Made by a program: the position numbers and the translations under genes. From a virus (Duplodnaviria > Caudoviricetes), in IMG/VR virus record IMGVR_UViG_3300001598_000001, positions 32,001 to 96,000 of that record: 64,000 bases of DNA; one strand, 5' to 3'. Position 1 is the stretch's first letter; every line of letters begins with the position of its first letter. Below, in pieces: positions 23,141 through 34,400 of this stretch. The notes under the pieces are model-generated. The model had not been told where the DNA came from and made no database searches. It saw only the letters and a program-made list of their open reading frames with translations.

Positions 23141-23590
23141 ATGGAAGCTAGTCAAATTATTTCACTAGTTATAAGCATTTTATCTTTTTTCGGAATAGGC
23201 ACTATATTTGCCCAATTTTGAAAAGATAAATATGAAAAAAAACAACAAGAAACTCAACAAGCTAAAGAACAACAAAAAAGACAAAAACAAGAAGAAATGC
23301 GTGAAGTAATTCATCAAGAAAATGTTGAGATTATCAAACGTATTGAAAAAATTGAAAGAAATACAGATTTGTCTCTTGAAGCTGATGTATTAGCTTTAAG
23401 ATGTAATATGAAAGCTATTATGGAAAGATGTAAACACCAAGGTTATTCAGACATTGGAGATAAATCAACTATGAAACAATTAAGGAAAAAATATGAAGAA
23501 CTTGGTGGTAATGAATTTAAAAATTACGTTGATCATTGGTGTAATTTAGTAAAAACATTACCAGATAGTAAAGAAGAAGGAGGAAAATAA
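23141..23590 (+). CDS. N-terminal TM, coiled-coil, holin-like protein (TGA=Trp)
   Basis: MEASQIISLVISILSFFGIGTIFAQF[W]K... joins ORF 23297; YEELGGN motif. Confidence 0.55.
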
Positions 23591-23592
23591 TC

Positions 23593-25212
23593 ATGGAAAC
23601 TAAAAAATTATATTTTGATATTGATGCTAGTACCATAGATATTAAGCCTCTATTACGTAAAGATTTTTTAGAGTTGTCAATGAAAGCTATCAGTAGTGCA
23701 AATCCTAATAGAAACAATTCTTGGTTTACTAGAGAATCTATGGAAAAATCTATTGACACCTTTAGAAACAAACCAATTTTAGGTTATTTTGAAAACGGAG
23801 ATTTTGTTAGTCACAACGGTGAATGAACCAGTGATTCCGAAACTCAAATGGAATATTGGGACACATTAGGTAAAAAAGGAGAAAGAATTTTAGGACTTAT
23901 TCGTAGTGAAGATGAAGTTAAAATCGTTGAAGATAAAAACGGATTATCTTGAATTTGTCTTTCTTGTGCTTTATGAACTCAATATAGTTTTAAACAAGTT
24001 AAGCGTTTATTAAAAGATGCAAAACGAGCAAAGCAAACAGGTGAAGCTACTAAAAATGTTTCGGTAGAAGTAGATATCACTGATTATGAAATGCTTGAAA
24101 ACGGCGTTATGAAAATTAACGCGTTTAATTTAATCGGTATTACTATTCTTGGTTCTAGAAATGGTGTAAAAGTAGAACCAGGTATTGAAGATGCTGAATT
24201 ATCTGTTGTTGATATCATGGGTAGAGAATTATATGAAAGACAGGCAAATAGTATAAGACTTGCTTATGAAAGATTAGACAACAAAGTACAAAAGGAGGAA
24301 TTTTCTCAAATGGATAACGAATTAAAAACAGAAAACATTGAACAACCAGTTGTTCCAGAAAATTCTGATGTCATTGTTAACGATGTTATAGTAGAAGAAC
24401 CAAAAGAAGAAAACATTGTTATCGAAGAAGCTGAATCCACAGAACCTGTTTCTGAAGAACCAAAAGCAGAAGAAGTTATCATGGAAGAAAAAACTGAATC
24501 AATTGAAAATGTTGAAACAGATAATTCTGTAAACGATTCAGAAAACGTTCCAGAAGAATCTACAGTTATTGTAGAAGAAAAAACTGAAGAAATTAATGAA
24601 CATCTAGAAGAAAACAACGATTGTCATTGTGAAGAACATGATGAAAATCCCGATGAAGAAGAAAAAGATGACGAAGATGAAGATGAAGATGAAGAAGAAA
24701 TAGAAGAACCAAAAGAAGAGGAACATGAAGAAGAAGAAATTTGCCCTGGATGTGGTAAAAATCCTTGTGAATGTGAAAAACATACTTGCGAAGAGCAAGT
24801 AGATTCTGTTGATTCTATTGAAGTCATTAATTGGGAAGAAAAATATGGTATTCTAGAGCAAGAATTTAACACTTTAAAAGAACAATATGAAAATGTTGTT
24901 AAAGATTTAAGTATTTATAAAAAAGCTGAATTTTTAAGTCATGCTAAAGAATTATTAATTCAATCAAAGATTACTGAAAAAGCTGTTGAAGATTTTTACA
25001 CAGCATGTGAACAAGATGAAATTACTAATTTAGATGATTTAAAAGTTAAAGTTGCTTTGTATATGCTTGATAAAACTATTAAAATTGAAGAAGTTGGTTT
25101 TGAAACTTCTGCAATTATTACACCAGACACTAAATCTGCTTTTGAAACAAACAAAGGCAAAGAAGCAAAGAAGACAAATTGGTCCACTTTGCAAGAATAT
25201 ATTGGTAAATAA
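23593..25212 (+). CDS. Prohead protease-scaffold fusion (YonD-like), TGA=Trp
   Basis: 539 aa. NRNNSWF, KPILG, SH, VSVEV and GITILG protease-like N-terminal half; long acidic linker; coiled-coil C-terminus. Confidence 0.75.
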
Positions 25213-25231
25213 AAAAGATCTTTTATTTAAT

Positions 25232-25260
25232 TTGCATTTTTTATAAAAACCCAATATAAT
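25232..25260 (+). promoter_or_regulatory. Promoter upstream of the capsid genes
   Basis: TTGCAT-17 nt-TATAAT with ACCCAA before the -10. Confidence 0.6.
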
Positions 25261-25447
25261 ATTATTATATTAGAGCTAGGAACTCGTTAAACTCATCTCG
25301 TATATTTTATTTATACGTATATTTATGGATTAAAACATTAATTATATTAATTATTATTTTTTATAGAGCCGAACTATAAAAAATTTTGTATTATATATAA
25401 TAATGATTTTAATATTTTTAAAAAATTTTTTAAAAGGAGAAACAATT

Positions 25448-25987
25448 ATGGCATATGTTTTTAAAAGAGGCAAAATGGCTAGTGGCGTTTTAGATGTCAT
25501 GTTAGCTAATGCTGTTTGTACAAGCGGTGTAAAAGATGGTTCTTTACTAGTTCTTGGAAACTTAGCTTCAGATACTACTTACAGTGCTACAGGTGTTGAA
25601 TATGACACTTATGTTGCTACTGCTCCAGCTGCAGCAACAAACGAAGTTGTTATTTGTGATTATGCTGGAATTTCAGAAGGCATTATTTCAGGTAACGAAT
25701 ATAAAATGGGAAATAAATTATATGATTTAGAAGTACCAGCAGGTGAAATCTTCAGAGTTAGAAGATTAGGATTACATGATAAATTCTGGTTAGGCGAACA
25801 TAACTTTGTTGGAAATTCTCCAGTTGTTGGCGAATATGCAACTGCAACTGCAGGTGACTGCAGACATACTCCAGCTGCATCATTACCAGCATCAGGTTAT
25901 GCAGTTAAAATTTTATTATCAGAAGATTTAACAGCAGGTATGGCTTCAAAAGGATTAATTTATCTTTGCGAAGTTGTCCAATTATAA
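25448..25987 (+). CDS. Capsid decoration / minor head protein
   Basis: 179 aa, Ala/Gly-rich, between scaffold and MCP; AAGGAG RBS before MAYVFK. Confidence 0.6.
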   Translation: MAYVFKRGKMASGVLDVMLANAVCTSGVKDGSLLVLGNLASDTTYSATGVEYDTYVATAPAAATNEVVICDYAGISEGIISGNEYKMGNKLYDLEVPAGEIFRVRRLGLHDKFWLGEHNFVGNSPVVGEYATATAGDCRHTPAASLPASGYAVKILLSEDLTAGMASKGLIYLCEVVQL

Positions 25988-26006
25988 TTAGGGAGGGCTT
26001 AGAGTT

Positions 26007-27834
26007 ATGAAAAAATATTTTGGATACACAAAAAGCTCTGATGAAGTTTTTAATTCATTAGTTGAAAATACCCTTGAATTAGCTAGAGAAGCTCACGAAG
26101 GTAAAAAATCAGCAAATTATGCTGAAAAGAATTCTGACTTACTTGTTGCTATGGGTAAGAAAGCTATTGAAGGTACTAGATTTGAAGCTGATTTTGAAGC
26201 TGAAGGTTTAGCTATCTACAATAAGCCAATGGTAAAATCTAACACCACAGTTAGAGAAAACTTCAACGCAGTTATTGCACAAGTTGTTACTGCAATAGTT
26301 CCTGAAGTTGTCAACGATACTTTCTCACAATTTATCGCTGAAGTTCACCAAGTTGGTTATGGTGAAACTGCAAGATTCATTATTGAATCTAACGATTTAT
26401 TCAAAGTCAATTCTAAAGCTGAAGGCGTTAGAAAAGGCGTTGATCAACCTATGTTTGATGATGAAATTACTGTAAATGCAAAACCAGTCACAGTCGATTA
26501 ACCTGTTTACTGTCAAGTAAACTAACCAGTCGGCATATACAGAAATGTGTATGTAGTGCTAAGAGTTATTAGTCTTAGCCAACACTATCTTAATTGCTGG
26601 AAATCCCTAAAGCTATATAAACTACAACGTAAAACCTATTATTAGGTTTAAGCGTGAATGTTACGAAAGTAGAAAAAATTATATAGATGGCGCATGGTCA
26701 AATCCTAAACGCATATCCAATCATAAAATGGGAAATCAGCATCCAAGCTCGAAAGAGAAGGTTCAACGACTATCTCCCGTGAGGAGAGTAGGATCAAGTG
26801 ATCCGAAAGAGATAGGCCTTAACGTGTCATGACGAAGGATATAATATAGTCTATGCTTATATGAGAATATAAGAAGTTCACTAAAGAACTGTGTGAAAAA
26901 TAACGAATTCACATGAATTATGAAATATTTGAATATATGAATAAATAATCTTTATATATATTACAATTAAAAATAAAATAAACCCACTATAAAATGAAAT
27001 ATAGTAGTGGGACAGCAGGTTCGAAACTGTTTTCAATGACTTATCTAGTTGAATTACCACTATTATTATATTTACCTGATAAACAGTCTGCTGGAGAAAA
27101 TAAACGTATGCATGATTTAGGTTATCACAAACTTTGTGATTGTGGTACAAAAACTTGGGTGTATACTAAATATTGCAATTAATAACAATAATTAATTGTA
27201 GTATATATAAAGATTATTAAATATATTCAAAATTTCTCAGTGTTGTATTGATTGGTACCCATTTGCTGCTGGAATTTTCGACATGGGTAACTTTGCCCTA
27301 AAGATCGGTAGATCTTTCATGGCATACATTTTCTTAAAGGCTGTTAGAGGTATGACAGCTGCAACTAGTGCTTATGGTGCTGCTTATACTGTTGCTGGTG
27401 TTACACCAACTTTATTTGGTACTTTAAGAGAAAGAGTATCAGCTGCTAATGGTGGTATGAATGTTATTGCCATTGGTACTGCTGTTGCTTTAAGCCAATG
27501 TTCATTAGGTGGAAACTATCAAGTTGAAATTGGTGAAGAAATGAACAAAGTTGGATACTTAGATCAATATCTTGGTGTTCCATTAATTGGTTTAAAGAAC
27601 GTTTTAGTTCCAGGAACTACTAACACTACTGCTCAACTAGCTTTACCAGATGACAAGATTTATATGATTCCTGTCGGTGGAAGCAGACCAGTTAAGATCG
27701 TCTTCGAAGGCGACGAAGTTAGCGTTATGTTCAACCCAGAAACTACTTCTGACAAGAGATATGGATTATCTGTTGAATTAAGAGTTGGTGTTGAAGCTGT
27801 CTTAGGTGCGAAGTACGGAACTATCACTTTATAA
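26007..27834 (+). CDS. Major capsid protein, spliced (exons 26007-26498 and 27241-27834)
   Basis: Exons join in frame as ...KPVTVD|CCIDWYPF..., giving 361 aa; position and composition fit an HK97-type MCP. Confidence 0.8.
26499..27240 (+). mobile_element. Group I intron (IA-like) in the major capsid gene
   Basis: Exon ends in U and intron ends in G. P1 is GUCGAU/GUCGGC (26529-34) with U.G. Core elements AATTGCTGGAAA, AATCAGCATCC, TTCAACGACTA, AATATAGTCT. Confidence 0.85.
27077..27182 (+). pseudogene. Remnant of an intron-encoded homing endonuclease (C-terminus only)
   Basis: KQSAGENKRMHDLGYHKLCDCGTKTW matches QAAGEVARMHNKGYYRICDCGTKTW at the end of 27962..29497. Confidence 0.8.
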
Positions 27835-27835
27835 T

Positions 27836-27928
27836 TTGTAAAATTATAAAAAACCCGTTATAATATAAATAAGTGGGACAGTGGGTTGCAAACCATTTCT
27901 AAATACCTATATTATTTAGATTACCACT
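27836..27928 (+). promoter_or_regulatory. Promoter and structured leader of the endonuclease gene
   Basis: TTGTAA-17-TATAAT, then an AGTGGGACAG...TTACCACT three-way-junction motif that also occurs at 27006-27061. Confidence 0.65.
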
Positions 27929-27961
27929 TTTTTAAAAATCTATATAGGAGAGGAAAATACA

Positions 27962-29497
27962 ATGATAACCGTTGATAAAGAAGACATAGTAGAATATTAT
28001 ATTAATCAAAACCATTCAGTCCAACAAACAGCTGAACATTTTAATATTAATTGTAAAACTTTTTTTGGATGGCTACACAGATTAAATATTCACAAAGACA
28101 AAACATTAAGTCAACAAAATGCACAAAAAGCATTAAAAGATAAGCACATTATGGAAAATAATCATCCAACTAAAGATGAATTATATCAATATTATATTGT
28201 TCAAAATCATTCTGAAACAGAATGTTGTCAATATTTTTCAGTATCACGTTCGTCTATTCAACGTAGGATTAAAAAGTATCAATTAAATAAAGATACACAA
28301 CAAATTCAAAAATGTACCCAACATACTGTTTTAAATAAATATGGTTATAATTTTGTTTTACAAGATCCACAAATACAAAAAATAAATAAAGCACGACTAC
28401 AAGAAAAATACGGTGTACAAAATATTGCACAGCAATATATTCAACATTTAGATATATGGAATGATAAAGATAAATTTGTAAAATTTTTAAAACAGCAAAA
28501 TGTAAAAATGACAGCAGTAAGTTTGGGTAGATATTTTAATGCTCATATAAGTACTTGTTTGAGAAAAATCCATAGTTTGGGGTTAGAAAATCTTATTGAT
28601 ATTAAGCCTGCTACATCGCAATATGAACAAGAAATTATTGATTTATTACATAATGAGTTTAATATTGATAATATTATTCAAAATGATAGAACAGTATTAA
28701 ATGGGAAAGAAATTGATATTTATTTACCAGATTATAATTTTGGAATTGAATTTAATGGTGAATATTGGCATTCAGAAATTGGTCACCCTCATTATGCTGA
28801 AAGAAATGGTAGATCCACTTATCACCAACAAAAATCTTTAGAGGCAGAACAAAAGAATGTTTTTTTATTTCATATTTTTGAACATGAATGGTGTGAACCA
28901 TTTACAACTGTAAATCCTAAATTTACAAATAGTCGTAAAAAAATTATTAGTCGTTTAAGATCAATATTACATTATAATGAAAAGACTATAGGTGCTCGTC
29001 AATGTGTAATAAAAGAATTAAGTTATGATGAAAAAACACAATTTCTAGATTGTAATCATTTTCAAGGTAATGATATATCTAGTAATTATTATTTAGGATT
29101 ATTTTATCAAAATGAGTTGGTTAGTTGTATGACTTTTGGTAAATCTAAATACAAAAAATATACCTGGGAACTAAGTAGATTTTGTAATAAAGAAAATTAT
29201 CAAATTCTTGGTGGTGCCTCAAAGTTACTTAAATATTTTGTAGATAATAAAATGTGTAAAAATGATATTTTAGTTTCTTACAGTGATATTACTAAAACTA
29301 GTGGAAATTTATATAAAACATTGGGTTTTACTAATACTCAAATTAATGATCCTAATTATTGGTGGGTTAATTTTAATACTGGTGATGTAAGAACTAGATA
29401 TCAAGAACAAGCTGCTGGTGAAGTAGCGCGTATGCATAATAAAGGATATTATAGAATCTGTGATTGTGGTACAAAGACATGGATTTTGAAAAAATAA
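27962..29497 (+). CDS. Free-standing homing endonuclease (Hef/Vsr-like PD-(D/E)XK) with N-terminal HTH repeats
   Basis: EIDIYLPDYNFGIEFNGEYWHS, FHIFEHEW, WELSRFC, GGASKL, DCG motifs; two N-terminal YYI..NHS HTH repeats; no TGA. Confidence 0.8.
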   Translation: MITVDKEDIVEYYINQNHSVQQTAEHFNINCKTFFGWLHRLNIHKDKTLSQQNAQKALKDKHIMENNHPTKDELYQYYIVQNHSETECCQYFSVSRSSIQRRIKKYQLNKDTQQIQKCTQHTVLNKYGYNFVLQDPQIQKINKARLQEKYGVQNIAQQYIQHLDIWNDKDKFVKFLKQQNVKMTAVSLGRYFNAHISTCLRKIHSLGLENLIDIKPATSQYEQEIIDLLHNEFNIDNIIQNDRTVLNGKEIDIYLPDYNFGIEFNGEYWHSEIGHPHYAERNGRSTYHQQKSLEAEQKNVFLFHIFEHEWCEPFTTVNPKFTNSRKKIISRLRSILHYNEKTIGARQCVIKELSYDEKTQFLDCNHFQGNDISSNYYLGLFYQNELVSCMTFGKSKYKKYTWELSRFCNKENYQILGGASKLLKYFVDNKMCKNDILVSYSDITKTSGNLYKTLGFTNTQINDPNYWWVNFNTGDVRTRYQEQAAGEVARMHNKGYYRICDCGTKTWILKK

Positions 29498-29569
29498 ATA
29501 TAATATTGTACTATGCCTTCTTTATTGAAGGTGTTTTTAATTAAAAGGAAACAAAAGGAGAAAAAAATT

Positions 29570-30250
29570 ATGGCTGAAACAAAAAATACTACTGCAGTAA
29601 AAACTGCAACTACTAAAACTACTACATCTACTAAAGAAAAACAATTAGAAGAACAAGTTGCTCAATTAATGGAACAAGTTAAAATTTTAACTTCTGCATT
29701 AAATGCAACTGCACAATCTAGCAATGTTGTAACTACTCCAACAGCAGTTAACAGTAATTCAGATGTTTCTTTAGTTTATATGTCTGATAGTTTAGGTGTT
29801 ATTCGTTATGGTAATGGCATTGAATTAAATTGCACTAGATTTGGTGAAGAATTTGTCATTACTCGTTCTGCTTTCGATGAAATCGTTGGAAGATATAGAA
29901 AGTGGTTCGATGCTGGTATGTTAGCTGTCTCATATAAAAATGTTGATGTAGCTGCTGCTAAAGGTGTTAGAACTGATAAAGAATATGCTTTAAGTGCGGA
30001 AAAATTACATGATTTAGGTAAAATATCTGTTCAAGATATTGAAAAATTATGGGAAGAAAACCCTACTGAAGCACATAGATTAAGTATTGTTACTTATTTT
30101 AAGAGAAAATTTATTGAAGGTAAAGAATCTGGATTCCGTGATAGAAGCAGAGTCGATTGCTTAAATAGATTAACTAACGGTGGATTTGCTCAAGAAAGCA
30201 GAGAATTAGGTGGAGATTATAAAATCAGACCTACTAATATGAACGATTAA
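29570..30250 (+). CDS. Head-associated structural protein
   Basis: 226 aa, AAGGAG RBS, follows the MCP/HEG. Confidence 0.6.
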   Translation: MAETKNTTAVKTATTKTTTSTKEKQLEEQVAQLMEQVKILTSALNATAQSSNVVTTPTAVNSNSDVSLVYMSDSLGVIRYGNGIELNCTRFGEEFVITRSAFDEIVGRYRKWFDAGMLAVSYKNVDVAAAKGVRTDKEYALSAEKLHDLGKISVQDIEKLWEENPTEAHRLSIVTYFKRKFIEGKESGFRDRSRVDCLNRLTNGGFAQESRELGGDYKIRPTNMND

Positions 30251-30315
30251 TAATAGTATTATAAAAGATAGATTATATAACTTAAATAACTCTTGTTAAG
30301 TAGGGGGTAGAGCAA

Positions 30316-31008
30316 ATGATTTATTTTTATGATATTTTCGAACGCGCTTTCAATTTATTTGATGACCCCGACATAAGTCGTAAATATTTTTGTGACCAAG
30401 CAGGTTTTCAACATGATATGTTGGATTATTTAATTAATGGCAAAAATAAATTTACTTTCCCTACAGCTATTACAGATAAATTGGTTATTTGTGATGAACC
30501 TGAGGGACGACAAGAAATTATTGAGGGTGAAGGCACAAATACTTATGTACTAGTTACTACGCCAAAAGAGGGATCGGGTTTCACTTATCGAATTGGTGAA
30601 GAATTAGTTCAAGGACAATATATTCCAGAAACTAATTCAGTGGTTTTTCCACGCACTATTGAAGTTGGTCAAACCTGTTCTGTAACGTGGTACTATGCTG
30701 GTGCGTTTTCAGCGGACTTTTCTAATTGTTTACGTTCTGATTTTCCTATAGATGCAATAATAGAAAAAGTAATTACTATATTAGCATACGGATTATTATC
30801 AGCATGAGGAGATAAGGAAGTAGGCAGAGTATTAGAAGTTCGTAATATATTAACTGATACAGATTTTAATATGTATTCGCCAGCGAATTCGGCAAAAGCA
30901 AAAGTAGAGTGGCGAGATAAGATGAATGAAAACATGGATACCTTGATTTCGGAGTTAAATTGACGAATCATGGCTACTCCTAGAGGAGGAACTCGTTTTG
31001 GAAAATAA
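30316..31008 (+). CDS. Head-tail adaptor-like protein (TGA=Trp)
   Basis: 230 aa via two TGA; DFNMYSPAN motif lies after the first TGA. Confidence 0.6.
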
Positions 31009-31357
31009 AGAATGTTTAGATACAGAAATCAGTTCAGTCTCAATTCGTTTCTCTCTAGAAGAAGAAAAGGAATGATATATTAATTTACGTGGACAATTAA
31101 TTAAATTATTGTATATGATCGAAGCGGAACAAAAGGGCGAGTGTACAGCAGATTTATGATTTTATGGATTTATGCACGAACTTACATCATCAAATTCGCT
31201 TTGTCAAAATAAATTAACAAAAGTTGTTGTAAAAATTTTTGGTTTATTTGAAGACAATAAATATAAAACCATGTCTCACGAACAAATTAAACGTCAAATC
31301 ATGGAATCGAGAGGAATTGTTGACCATTTAATTAAAGAAATGGAAAAAGAAAAATAA
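30998..31357 (+). CDS. Hypothetical virion-module protein (TTG start, TGA=Trp)
   Basis: GGAGGA RBS, two TGA, joins ORF 31172. Confidence 0.6.
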
Positions 31358-31380
31358 GTAGTACAGGGGGAAGAGCTAAT

Positions 31381-32649
31381 ATGGCACGTAAAGTTATCGA
31401 TGTTACTCGTTCTGTTGATAAATACGACATATTATCACAGACACCTAATAACTACAATTCTCAAAATTATTATTTAAAAGAATTACAAGATAAAGTTAAC
31501 GCTGAATGGAATTATCGTCCAAACAGAGTTACGGTTGAATATGAACATATTTGGGGCAGTCAGCAATATTCCCCACTCGAAGTTGTTGTACAAACTGTAA
31601 AATCAGAAAAAGGTACAGTAATTTCGGATGATTGTAAAAGTTTGGTTTTTAGAGATATTTCTGAAGACAGATTTAAAATTGGTAGTAAATTTAGATTTGC
31701 TCCTAATTTTAACAATCGTGCTGATCAAGTTCTTGGAGTCGATATTAAAAAGAATGTTGATGATATTGATGAATATGAAGATGTTTATATGGAGAATGAT
31801 GGTACATTAGTTGAAGATCTCATTCCTGTAAAATATCGTACTAATATTAAATATAAAAATGTATGGTTAGTTACAAATACTAATACAGCTAAGATGACTT
31901 CTAATGTCATCATCCAACGTTGTAATGGTACTCTTGGTAGTACTTATAAAGACAGCCAAGGAATTTCACACAGACATTATGAACCTGTTATTCAAGGCCA
32001 AGATGTTTCTAGTACCGCTTTGCGTTACAGTGAAACTGCTGTATTACCACAATCTCAGTTATTGATAATTTGTCAACATAATGAAACTACCAAAAACTAT
32101 TTTATAAACCAACGTTTTATTATTGGATATGATAAAGTTTATAGAATTACTGCAATTAATAAATTTTATAGTAATTCTACTTATGATCCTGAAAATGTTG
32201 GATTAATGCGTATATATTTAGAATTAACAGAGGCTTCACCTTATGATGATTTTAAGAAACGCATTGCTTATCAAAAAACACCTGAAGTTATTATTGATAC
32301 TGATGATAATTTAGCCGCACTTAGTATTAAATTTACTAAGCCAGATAAAATTCCTACAACTTTAACTGAAGAACCTATTACATTTGTTCCTGTTTTATAT
32401 GATGAAGATACTAAAAAAGAATATAATGGTAGTAAGGTTGAGTTAGAGTATGTATTAGAAAATTTACCAGAATCTATTGACCCTAGTATTTATATTAATT
32501 GTCAAGATAATGGTGATAATACATTCACTTTATCAAGAAAACGTATATATTTAAATGGAAGTTTAAAATTAACATTTAAAGTATTAGCAACAAATTCACC
32601 TTCAGGGGAAGATATAAGTGTAACATTTACTATGTTAACACGTGGATAA
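31381..32649 (+). CDS. Head closure / neck protein
   Basis: 422 aa; WLV...IQRCN..L and NQRFII patterns; synteny. Confidence 0.55.
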   Translation: MARKVIDVTRSVDKYDILSQTPNNYNSQNYYLKELQDKVNAEWNYRPNRVTVEYEHIWGSQQYSPLEVVVQTVKSEKGTVISDDCKSLVFRDISEDRFKIGSKFRFAPNFNNRADQVLGVDIKKNVDDIDEYEDVYMENDGTLVEDLIPVKYRTNIKYKNVWLVTNTNTAKMTSNVIIQRCNGTLGSTYKDSQGISHRHYEPVIQGQDVSSTALRYSETAVLPQSQLLIICQHNETTKNYFINQRFIIGYDKVYRITAINKFYSNSTYDPENVGLMRIYLELTEASPYDDFKKRIAYQKTPEVIIDTDDNLAALSIKFTKPDKIPTTLTEEPITFVPVLYDEDTKKEYNGSKVELEYVLENLPESIDPSIYINCQDNGDNTFTLSRKRIYLNGSLKLTFKVLATNSPSGEDISVTFTMLTRG

Positions 32650-32667
32650 TCAAGGGGGTATGTAACT

Positions 32668-33396
32668 ATGGCTAATAACGAACCTTATGATTATAGTGAA
32701 TTTAGTGAATTCAATCGATTTCAAAATATCGATGGAATAGAATGAAAAGTGATTGATCATTTGGTTAAGTCTAAATCCAAACACGCAGATTTACTTTGGA
32801 AAATTTTAAAATATGATACATTAGATGCATTAAGCAAACCTAGTGTGCCAGAAAATGAACGAAGAGAATTAGTGTGCACTGACAATGGCGACCAAACAAC
32901 AAAAAGACTATTTATGTCTCCAATTATGGATGATGCGCTCACACAACAATGTAGCTTTGTCCGTATTTATGTTGAAGATATTTTTCCTATAGATCACTTA
33001 AAAGCTACAGTTGGTGTTACGGTTGAGGCGATTACACATCAAAAGGTATCTTTAGTCACAGGAGATGGAGATCCATTTCTTAATCCTAAAGCTAATCCTA
33101 ATGATTATGCTGCCGATGATCAAAGCTCCATTGTTGTGTGATACAAAAATCGTTTAACAGTTTTGTTAAAATGTATTTTAGCAGAATTAAACGGTTTGTA
33201 CTTGGATGGTATCGGATACTTACAATTAAATGATAAATTGCAATGATATAATGATAATAATACACCAAATAGTGGTAAATCATTTGATGGTGGATATTTA
33301 CGTTATGATTCATTCTCAGAAGCTTTTTATAGATATCGAGTTACTTTTGGTATGGTAATGGCTGGAATGTCTAGTAATTCAGATATAGGTTATTAG
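32668..33396 (+). CDS. Tail completion / terminator-like protein (TGA=Trp)
   Basis: 242 aa through TGAs to TAG; position before tail genes. Confidence 0.55.
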
Positions 33397-33411
33397 AAGG
33401 AGGCTTTACTT

Positions 33412-34371
33412 ATGGCAGAAGTAGAAGGATTTGATAAATATAAAGGTTTACCGCAAGATATTGCGGAAGAAATACGTGGTTATGAAACTACTTATTTCAA
33501 AACTGATAAACCAATTCCATTTTGTGGATTGTTAATTTATCCAGTTACCGTAGAAGACTATGAAATTTTTTCTAGTTGTTCTACTTGTCTTACATTAAAA
33601 AAGAATGAAGATCCGAAAGGAATCGTGATGTCACATTTAGATTATTTAATATCTAAAACTCAAGATCCTCAAGAAGGATCTTTATGATCATATAAAATTC
33701 AGAAATTATTTGAAATTATATTTCATATTAAAAATGGATTAAAATGTAAGGGTTGTGGTCAAATTATTGAATATTCTAGTAATGAATTTAAAAAATTTAT
33801 TCATGATATTCAAGAGGCCCAACAAAATAATACTCCTATTCAAACACTTCAATGTCCAGGGTGTAAAGGAGAAGATTTTTTAGAAATGATTAAAATTTTT
33901 AAAGATGAAACAACCAATAAATATTCTTTATTGATTGATGGACATATAATTACTAAACAAGATTTTGATAGATTAAGACAAATTATATTATTTCAAAATT
34001 TTCCAGACTATCAAGATGATTCATGGGTTGATCCAGAAGTTAAGAAGGATTACGAAGAACGTGTACGTCTTGAAGCCCAGAAAAATGATACTCATGCAAC
34101 TATTGAAAAAAAGATTGTATGTTTATCAATAGCAACTAATTATAAATTTGAAGATATTTATCGAATGAGTATTAGGAAATTTACAATGGCTTTAGCCACT
34201 GTAGATGATTTGATTAATTATAAAATTACTCGACAAGCTATGATGAGTGGTTTTGTGTCTTTTCCAAAAGATTATAAACCAGAACACTGGATTTATAAAC
34301 CAGACAAAGATATGTATGGTGATGGATATAAGAGCACAGATCAAGTTCACAATGATATGAGTAATTTATAA
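33412..34371 (+). CDS. Tail-region protein with CxxC...CxxC insert (TGA=Trp)
   Basis: ORFs 33412 and 33886 join through TGA at 33685; 319 aa. Confidence 0.6.
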
Positions 34372-34400
34372 TAAATAAATATTAAAAAGGAGAAAAAATT

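Noticed and set aside
24306-25254. Minus-strand ORFs opposite the scaffold gene, and similar shadow ORFs (5585, 35597, 39949, 40554, 43773, 52200, 52692)
   Set aside because: Antisense shadows of low-complexity genes or RNAs, with no RBS
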